Source: Cenarchaeum sp. (GTDB lineage: Archaea > Thermoproteota > Nitrososphaeria > Nitrososphaerales > Nitrosopumilaceae). Taken from it: 64,000 bases of DNA. Under the pieces are notes generated by a model. The model was not told where the DNA came from, made no database searches, and saw nothing but the letters and a program-made list of their open reading frames with translations. Below are positions 57,996-64,000 of this stretch, in pieces (position 1 is the stretch's first letter; every line of letters begins with the position of its first letter). The stretch spans positions 1,696,001-1,760,000 of the forward strand of contig CBDESU010000001.1 in the NCBI GenBank assembly GCA_965242695.1, in the 5' to 3' direction. The translations under genes and the position numbers were made by a program.

Positions 57996-58576
57996 TGAGG
58001 GCGCTCAAGGAGTGGGCGGCGGTCGTCGAGGCGATGCTCGACGGCGCCCAGACGGTCATACTGCGCAAGGGAGGCATACTCGACGTGCCGTCCGGCTTTG
58101 CCATAGCGGCCGGCGACGAGTTCGCCCTGTACCCGACGTACGAGCACCAGGAGGCATCCCACGTCAAGGACTCGGCCAGGCGGTACCTGGAGAGGGCGCT
58201 GGCGGCCCGCGCCGGCGGGGCAGGGGCCGGGGCGGCCACCGAGGTCGCCGCGTACGCCAGGGTAGAGGCAGAGGCGGACGTCTCGTCGGATGCCGCGTTC
58301 GAGGCCCTCTCGCCGATGCACGTGTGGAGCGACTCGTACGTTGCGGCCCGCAGGGGATGGCAGCCCGACCGCCCCGTAAGGGCCGCGCACCTGCGCGTGT
58401 ACAGGCTGCGGGGCGCCCTTGCGGTGCCGGACAGGCCCGAGTACGGCGGGTGCAGGTCCTGGATCGACATCGGAGGCGGCGGCGGCGGCGGCGGCGGGGC
58501 GTCCGATCCCGTCCTGGGCGCTGAGGAGGCGGCCGCGCGCCTAGGCCGGTTCAGGGAGGCGGTGGCGGCGGCATGA
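57995..58576 (+). CDS. DUF1802 family protein
   Basis: ALKEW, G.QTVILRKGGI, LYPTYEHQ and YGGCRSWI motifs. Confidence 0.88.
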   Translation: MRALKEWAAVVEAMLDGAQTVILRKGGILDVPSGFAIAAGDEFALYPTYEHQEASHVKDSARRYLERALAARAGGAGAGAATEVAAYARVEAEADVSSDAAFEALSPMHVWSDSYVAARRGWQPDRPVRAAHLRVYRLRGALAVPDRPEYGGCRSWIDIGGGGGGGGGASDPVLGAEEAAARLGRFREAVAAA

Positions 58577-59580
58577 AGTACCGCGAGCTTGGGCGCGGCA
58601 CCGGGGTGAGGGTCTCGGAGATCGGGTTCAGCGGGTGGACGATAGCCCTCAACTGGTGGGGCAGGGAGATCGACGAGGACGAGGCGCTGCGCATGCTCAG
58701 GCGGGCGTACGACAGGGGGATCAACTTCTTCGAGACGGGCGACATGTACGGCGCCGGCAAGAGCGAGAGGCTGATCGGGAGGGCGTTCAGGGGGATGCGC
58801 GACGAGGTCGTCATATCGACAAAGTTCGGGTACGTCTTCGAGGGGGCCGAGCAGATCGGCCACAGCGAGCTGCCGCAGAGGTTCGACGGGGAGTTTGCAA
58901 GGGCGGCCCTCAGGGCGAGCCTCGGGCGGCTCGGGACGGACCGCGTCGACGTGTACGGCCTGCACAACCCAAAGATGCACCACGTGCGCGACGACGCGGT
59001 GTTCGCGGAGCTCGCATCGATGATGCGCGGCGGGCAGGTGCGCGCCTGCCAGGCCGCGCTCGGGCCGGCCATTGGATGGGAGCAGGAGGGGCTAGAGGCC
59101 ATGGAGCGCCCCGAGGTGTCCGCCGTCCAGACCGTGTACAACATACTAGAGCAGACGCCCGGCAACGCCCTGCTCGAGGGGGCCGCCGAGAGGGGGGTCG
59201 GCGTGCTCGCCAGGGTGCCCGACGCGTCCGGGATACTGACGGGCAAGGTCGGCGCGGACACGAAGATCGACGAAAAGGACCACCGCTCGGTCAGGAAGGG
59301 CGAGTGGATAAGGTCGGCGCTTGCAAAGGTCGAGCAGCTCCGGCCCATAGCCGACAGGGGGGGCCTCTCGATTTCGGAGCTTGCCGTAAAGTTCATCCTC
59401 TCGAGGCCCGGCATGTCGTCGGTGATACCGACCGTGGTGTCGACCGGCGAGATCGACTCGTTCGCGGCAATGTCCGACGGCGGGTACCTCTCGAGGCGCG
59501 ACATGGACGAGATCGCCGCGCTGTACGCCGGATGGCCGCCGTACGAGCTGAAGGGCACGGCCGCCTCCGCGGCCGCATAG
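58573..59580 (+). CDS. Aldo/keto reductase
   Basis: VSEIGF, GINFFETGDMYGAGKSE, STK, SL.RLGTDRVD and Q..YN motifs. Confidence 0.93.
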   Translation: MKYRELGRGTGVRVSEIGFSGWTIALNWWGREIDEDEALRMLRRAYDRGINFFETGDMYGAGKSERLIGRAFRGMRDEVVISTKFGYVFEGAEQIGHSELPQRFDGEFARAALRASLGRLGTDRVDVYGLHNPKMHHVRDDAVFAELASMMRGGQVRACQAALGPAIGWEQEGLEAMERPEVSAVQTVYNILEQTPGNALLEGAAERGVGVLARVPDASGILTGKVGADTKIDEKDHRSVRKGEWIRSALAKVEQLRPIADRGGLSISELAVKFILSRPGMSSVIPTVVSTGEIDSFAAMSDGGYLSRRDMDEIAALYAGWPPYELKGTAASAAA

Positions 59581-59583
59581 GGG

Positions 59584-60672
59584 CTAGCCTGCCGCGGGGG
59601 CGGGGGCGAGCTCGGACGCGTCGATCTCGAACGAGCCCTCCACAAAGTACTCTACGCGCGTCTTCTTGAACTCGCGCGCGCTGAACAGTATCTCGTACTC
59701 GTCGACTCCGATCTGGTCGCGGATGGACGCGGCCGTCCGCCTCGCCTCGTCCTCGGACCTGCAGTGGATCATCGAGAATACGTTGTACTTCCAGTCGGGG
59801 TACACGGGGCGCTGGTAGCAGTGGCTGACCTGGGGGAACGAGCCGAGCCTGGAGCCGACGTCCTCGACCATCCCGTCGGGCACCCTCCACACGATCATCC
59901 CGTTCGCGGTGAATCCGGCGTCGCGGTGCCGGAGGATCGCCGCGTAGCGGCGCATCACCCCGATCTCCTCGTAGCGGCGCAGCCTCTCGAACACCTCGTC
60001 CTCGGACATGCCGAGGGCGCGCGCGGCGGGGAGGAAGGGGCGGTCCTCGACGGGCAGGTCCTTTTGCAGCTGCCGCACGAACTCCCTGTCGGATTCGGAC
60101 GGGTCGAACTCGGCGCGCTCGATGCGCCTCTCCGGCTCGGACGGGGCGACATCGCGCTTCTTCGACTCTACCATTTCGAGTCGCACGCCGATCTTGAAGA
60201 GACGTATGGTCGGCAGCATGCGCGTGCGGGCGACCCCGCGTATGCGGCCGAGGCGGCCCACCTCGGACTTTAGGTCGGCGCCCGGCGGGACGGCTAGCGT
60301 AAACCACAGGTTGAACGCGTGGCGGCGCTCGTAGTTGTGGCTCACGCCGGGGTGGGCGTTGACGAGCTCGGCGACGCGCTCTAACCTGCCCGGCTCGACC
60401 TGCATGGCCACTAACGAGCTCTTGTAGCCGAGGCGCCGCGTGTCGAATATGGCGCTCAGTTGCCGCAGCACGCCGGCCCGCTTGAGCCGCGATATGCGCG
60501 ACTTTACCTCTTCGGTGCCGGTGCCAAAGCGGGACGCGAGCACGTCGTAGGGGCGCGCCTCGAGCGGGAACGACCACTGTATCTCGTTGAGGATCTCGCG
60601 GTCAAGGTCGTCCAGCTCCGCCGGCTGCGCGGCCGCCCGGTGCGGCGCGGCGGATGCGAGGGCCTGCGTCAC
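59584..60672 (-). CDS. ahbAB: Fused siroheme decarboxylase AhbA/AhbB (NirDL/Lrp-like)
   Basis: Two Lrp-like units: VSHNYER..FNLWFT and VSHCYQR..YNVFSMIH. Confidence 0.88.
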   Translation of the reverse strand: MTQALASAAPHRAAAQPAELDDLDREILNEIQWSFPLEARPYDVLASRFGTGTEEVKSRISRLKRAGVLRQLSAIFDTRRLGYKSSLVAMQVEPGRLERVAELVNAHPGVSHNYERRHAFNLWFTLAVPPGADLKSEVGRLGRIRGVARTRMLPTIRLFKIGVRLEMVESKKRDVAPSEPERRIERAEFDPSESDREFVRQLQKDLPVEDRPFLPAARALGMSEDEVFERLRRYEEIGVMRRYAAILRHRDAGFTANGMIVWRVPDGMVEDVGSRLGSFPQVSHCYQRPVYPDWKYNVFSMIHCRSEDEARRTAASIRDQIGVDEYEILFSAREFKKTRVEYFVEGSFEIDASELAPAPAAG

Positions 60673-60819
60673 GGCGCGGCGGCGGAGGGTGCGATTAAAA
60701 GTGTAGCGCGCAGCCAGGGCGGCAAAGGGGCCCCGGCGCAGCGGGCGGCGCCGGCAGGGGGCATGTAGGCGCAAATAGGTAGCCATACATTAAATAGACC
60801 AAAAACTACCGCACTGGTG

Positions 60820-61236
60820 ATGGCAGGGTCTAGGCGCAGGCGCAGTCGCAGTCGCAGGCGTGGCTGGTACGATCTCCCCCCGCTGAGGTACCCGATCACG
60901 TCCGCGATGGTCCGCACGAGCATGCTCGGCGTGTTCGTAAGGGTGGCGGTGCTGAAGACCTGGGTCAGGCGGCGCGACCCCGTGTCGCAGACGGCCGTTG
61001 TCACGCAGGGCACCACCTCGCTCGAGCAGTTCACGAGGCTGAGCCTCGAGGAGGACCTCGACGAGAGGGGCTGGGAGGGCGGCGAGACCCACGCGGTCGT
61101 GGGCGTCAGGGGCGAGGACGGGGACGTCAGGGTCAGCAAGTCCCGCCTCGCCGCCTTTGGGCGCCCGTTTCAGAGCGTCAGGCCGATCCGCGAGATGGTC
61201 GAAGAGTATGATCACAAGGCCCTAGTGAGTGCATAG
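60820..61236 (+). CDS. Probable N-terminal (HEPN-like) part of a frameshifted HEPN-TPR protein
   Basis: TTAAATA upstream; TSLEQFTR and FQSVRPI helical motifs; the next frame continues with IDELEDDLEDMFGLRHGLTH. Confidence 0.55.
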   Translation: MAGSRRRRSRSRRRGWYDLPPLRYPITSAMVRTSMLGVFVRVAVLKTWVRRRDPVSQTAVVTQGTTSLEQFTRLSLEEDLDERGWEGGETHAVVGVRGEDGDVRVSKSRLAAFGRPFQSVRPIREMVEEYDHKALVSA

Positions 61237-61262
61237 ACGAGCTCGAGGACGACCTTGAGGAC

Positions 61263-62891
61263 ATGTTCGGACTGCGGCACGGCCTGACGCACGCCCTGCC
61301 CGGCGGCCGGTTTGATGCGGAAAAGCCGCTGCGCCTCGTCTGGCGCGTCATGAGGGCCGGCATGGAGGGCCGCCCGCTGTACGTGGTCGCGGCCCTGCTC
61401 GTCGAGGCGTCCGTAATGGAGGCTGCCGGCAGGGCTGACGGCGCGCGCCGGGCCGCCGAAGAGGCCCTCGAGGTATGCGATGGAGTCCCAGAGGGAATGC
61501 AAGACGGGGACGGCGGCGGCGGCGATGCCCGGCAGGCCCGGGTGTGCAGGGCCTACGCCCTTGCACGCCTCCGCCGCACGGACGAGGCGGAGGCGGCCTA
61601 CAGGGAGGCGGCCGAAAAGAGCCCGCGCGACGTCCTGCCCCTTGTCGGCATGGGGCACCTCTTGGTGCAGGACGGCCGCCCGGAGGAGGCCGTCGAGTGG
61701 TATGCAAGGGCCGTGGCCGTCGATCCGGACCACGTGGCGGCGCGCACGAGCATGGGGCATGCGCTGGCCGTGGTCCGCGGCGCCGACGGGACAAAGTCCG
61801 TGCAGTGCTACCAGGACGCGATGCGCGGCGGCATCGAGGACGTGTCGCTCCGCGCGGGGTACGGCACCGCGCTGGCGATGATGGGCCTCTACGAGGAGGC
61901 TGCCGAGCAGTACCGCAGGGCAATCGAGCTGGATCCGGCCGATGCGGCCGCTTGCGTCGGGCTCGGAAACGCGCTTGCTGCGCTCAAGAGGCACGGCGAG
62001 GCCGCGGGGATGTACGAAGAGGGGATTCGGCTCGGCGCCGCCGCTGTGCCCGTGCGCGACGAGGTATTGGGCGAAGAGTCCGAGGCCGGAATCTTTGCGC
62101 TTGGTCTGGGCGGGGCCGCGGCGCACCGCGGGCTCGGAAACGCGCTGATTGAGACGGGCAGGCCGGAAAGGGCGGCAGTCGTCCTAGGCAGGGCCGCCTC
62201 GCTGGATCCCGGCAGCCTCGAGGCGCAGTCGGGGCTCGGGAGGGCGCTCTACATGTGCGGGCGGTACGAGGAGGCGGTCCGCGCAGGGCAGCGCGCCGTC
62301 GAGATCGACGCGGGCAGCCTGGAGGCGCAGGTGGGGCTCGGGAGGGCGCTCTACATGTGCGGGCGGTACGAGGAGGCGGTCCGCGCAGGGCAGCGCGCCG
62401 TCGAGATCGACGCGGGCAGCCTGGAGGCGCAGGTGGGGCTCGGGAGGGCGCTCTACATGTGCGGGCGGTACGAGGAGGCGGTCCGCGCAGGGCAGCGCGC
62501 CGTCGAGATCGACGCGGGCAGCCTGGAGGCGCAGGTGGGGCTCGGGAGGGCGCTCTACAAGTGCGGGCGGTACGAGGAGGCTGTCCGCGCAGGGCAGCGC
62601 GCCGTCGAGATCGACGCGGGCAGCCTGGAGGCGCAGGTGGGGCTCGGCGATGTGCTCTACAAGTGCGGGCGGTACGAGGAGGCTGTCCGCGCAGGGCAGC
62701 GCGCCGTCGAGATCGACGCGGGCAGCCTGGAGGCGCAGGTGGGGCTCGGGAGGGCGCTCTACAAGTGTGGGCGGTACGAGGAGGCCGTGGCCGCCTACAG
62801 GTCAGCCCTGGCCCTTGATGCCGGCAACCGCGAGGCGCGCAGGGGGCTGTGGGCTGCACTAGGACGATGGGAAAAGTATGCGGGGAGGTAG
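61263..62891 (+). CDS. Tetratricopeptide repeat protein with an N-terminal RxxxxH motif
   Basis: Many 34-aa TPRs (GLGRALY..GRYEEA); begins MFGLRHGLTH. Confidence 0.88.
   Translation: MFGLRHGLTHALPGGRFDAEKPLRLVWRVMRAGMEGRPLYVVAALLVEASVMEAAGRADGARRAAEEALEVCDGVPEGMQDGDGGGGDARQARVCRAYALARLRRTDEAEAAYREAAEKSPRDVLPLVGMGHLLVQDGRPEEAVEWYARAVAVDPDHVAARTSMGHALAVVRGADGTKSVQCYQDAMRGGIEDVSLRAGYGTALAMMGLYEEAAEQYRRAIELDPADAAACVGLGNALAALKRHGEAAGMYEEGIRLGAAAVPVRDEVLGEESEAGIFALGLGGAAAHRGLGNALIETGRPERAAVVLGRAASLDPGSLEAQSGLGRALYMCGRYEEAVRAGQRAVEIDAGSLEAQVGLGRALYMCGRYEEAVRAGQRAVEIDAGSLEAQVGLGRALYMCGRYEEAVRAGQRAVEIDAGSLEAQVGLGRALYKCGRYEEAVRAGQRAVEIDAGSLEAQVGLGDVLYKCGRYEEAVRAGQRAVEIDAGSLEAQVGLGRALYKCGRYEEAVAAYRSALALDAGNREARRGLWAALGRWEKYAGR
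62211..62822. repeat. 102-bp near-identical TPR-coding tandem repeats, 6 copies
   Basis: Units start at 62211, 62313, 62415, 62517, 62619 and 62721. Confidence 0.93.
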
Positions 62892-63103
62892 CGTACGCGC
62901 GGGCAGGGCACAGGAAATTTGCGGCGCGGAAGATTGCAGAAGGCGGCGCGCGCTGCAGCTCAGGCCGCAAAGACGGCGAGTTGCAGATCCCGCATCCCAA
63001 GGACGGCGCCGCCTGCGGTCGGTTGGGCAACAGCGGCGGCGCTGGCGCCAAGATCAAGTCGCGGGCCGCGGCAGCGCAAAAAATGCAGCGTACGGACGCC
63101 CGC

Positions 63104-63403
63104 CTAGCACGAGATGCGCGCCATGTACCTTGCATAGTCCCGCGCAAACGCCCTGTGGATGCCCACCTCCCTCTGCCACTTTAGCCAGCGTTGCAGATCG
63201 CGCTCGGCTTCCCGGTCTACCTCCACCTCCATCCTGCGCTCAATCCTGCGCTCCCTTGCTCGCTCCATGTACTCTTCTACCACGCTGTACTGGTACTCGG
63301 TAGGATTGTCCGAATCGATGGCCTCCTGGGCCAGGGCATCGAGCTGCTCGTAGCTCATCTTGCTGGGATCCGTTGCGGGTGGCTCTTTCTTTGTCGCGCT
63401 CAC
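63104..63403 (-). CDS. Small charged helical hypothetical protein (about 99 aa)
   Basis: GTG at 63403 about 25 nt below TTTTATAT; DPSKMSYEQLDALAQEAIDSDNPTEYQYSVVEEYMERARERRIERR. Confidence 0.6.
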   Translation of the reverse strand: MSATKKEPPATDPSKMSYEQLDALAQEAIDSDNPTEYQYSVVEEYMERARERRIERRMEVEVDREAERDLQRWLKWQREVGIHRAFARDYARYMARISC

Positions 63404-63773
63404 GAATGGGGACGGCGGTCGGGCCCATATAAAATATTGGTGTAGCCCGGTGCCTGAATGGCACACATTCGGGTCGGGCAAGCGATGCGCACGTCCGGGG
63501 CGGCCGTGGCGCAGTTGATGTCAGACTCGAATGTCTACCCAGCACGGTCCGCCGGCCCCGTCTCGCCCTCTGCCAACCCTCCGTCGAGCTTGCCCCGCCG
63601 GTGACCGTGCATGGTGGACCTCGGAGACAGTCCGCGCCGGCAGGGTGCAGTTTCCCATGCAGAACGGCAAAGGCTGCGGCCAATGCGCAAGAGACGCCGG
63701 AGATCCGGGCGTGCGCCGGCGCGCCGGCGCGCCGCACATCCCCTTAATACGGCCGGCGCCGCGGCCGACAGGC

Positions 63774-64000
63774 ATGATCGTCGACCTGCGAGTGGCCGGC
63801 CGCGCCGCCGTAGTGATCGGGGCCGGCGCCGAGGCGCTCAAGAGGACCAAGGCGCTACTAGCCGGAGGGTGCGCCGTGCGCGTCATCGCCGCCGCCGACC
63901 GGACGGGCGGCAGGCTCGCAGAGATGGCCGCTTCTGGCGCAATCACGCTAGAGCTGGGGGGCCGCATCGACTCGGCGGCAACGATCATCGCGGAGCTCGC
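63774..64000 (+). CDS. Precorrin-2 dehydrogenase/sirohydrochlorin ferrochelatase (SirC/CysG N-terminal-like), partial
   Basis: MIVDLRVAGRAAVVIGAGAEALKR Rossmann-like start; near ahbAB; runs off the right edge. Confidence 0.82.
   Translation, partial: MIVDLRVAGRAAVVIGAGAEALKRTKALLAGGCAVRVIAAADRTGGRLAEMAASGAITLELGGRIDSAATIIAEL

Overview
Very GC-rich archaeal DNA. Gene content and order point to a Nitrosopumilaceae/Cenarchaeum-like thaumarchaeote, possibly host-associated (inference). The evidence is nuoC-D-H-I-J-K-M-L-N, tsr3, tbp, cofG/cofH, scpA/B, rps8e-srp19-gar1-tfb, a lone sufC, fused ahbAB and intron-containing tRNAs. Most ORFs in the six-frame track are GC-rich shadows. Accessory DNA sits among the core genes. 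(1) An MNT-HEPN toxin-antitoxin pair. (2) A ~2160-aa repeat surface protein split by a complete ISH3-family IS (19-bp TIR, AGTCC duplication) and bracketed by a decayed copy of the 3' end of the neighbouring lamin-tail gene. (3) An orphan DNA methyltransferase. (4) A higher-order non-coding repeat array beside a lower-GC AAA ATPase-wHTH gene. (5) A duplicated small-protein + GNAT module in which both GNATs were inactivated independently (IS630 insertion; 4-bp deletion). (6) A probable HEPN-TPR fusion hidden by a one-base frameshift and inserted among heme biosynthesis genes. Three tRNAs are present: Glu with a non-canonical T-loop intron, Pro, and Tyr with a canonical intron. There are no cas genes, and three CRISPR-sized repeat-spacer-repeat units remain unexplained. 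All calls are from manual reading; no searches were run.
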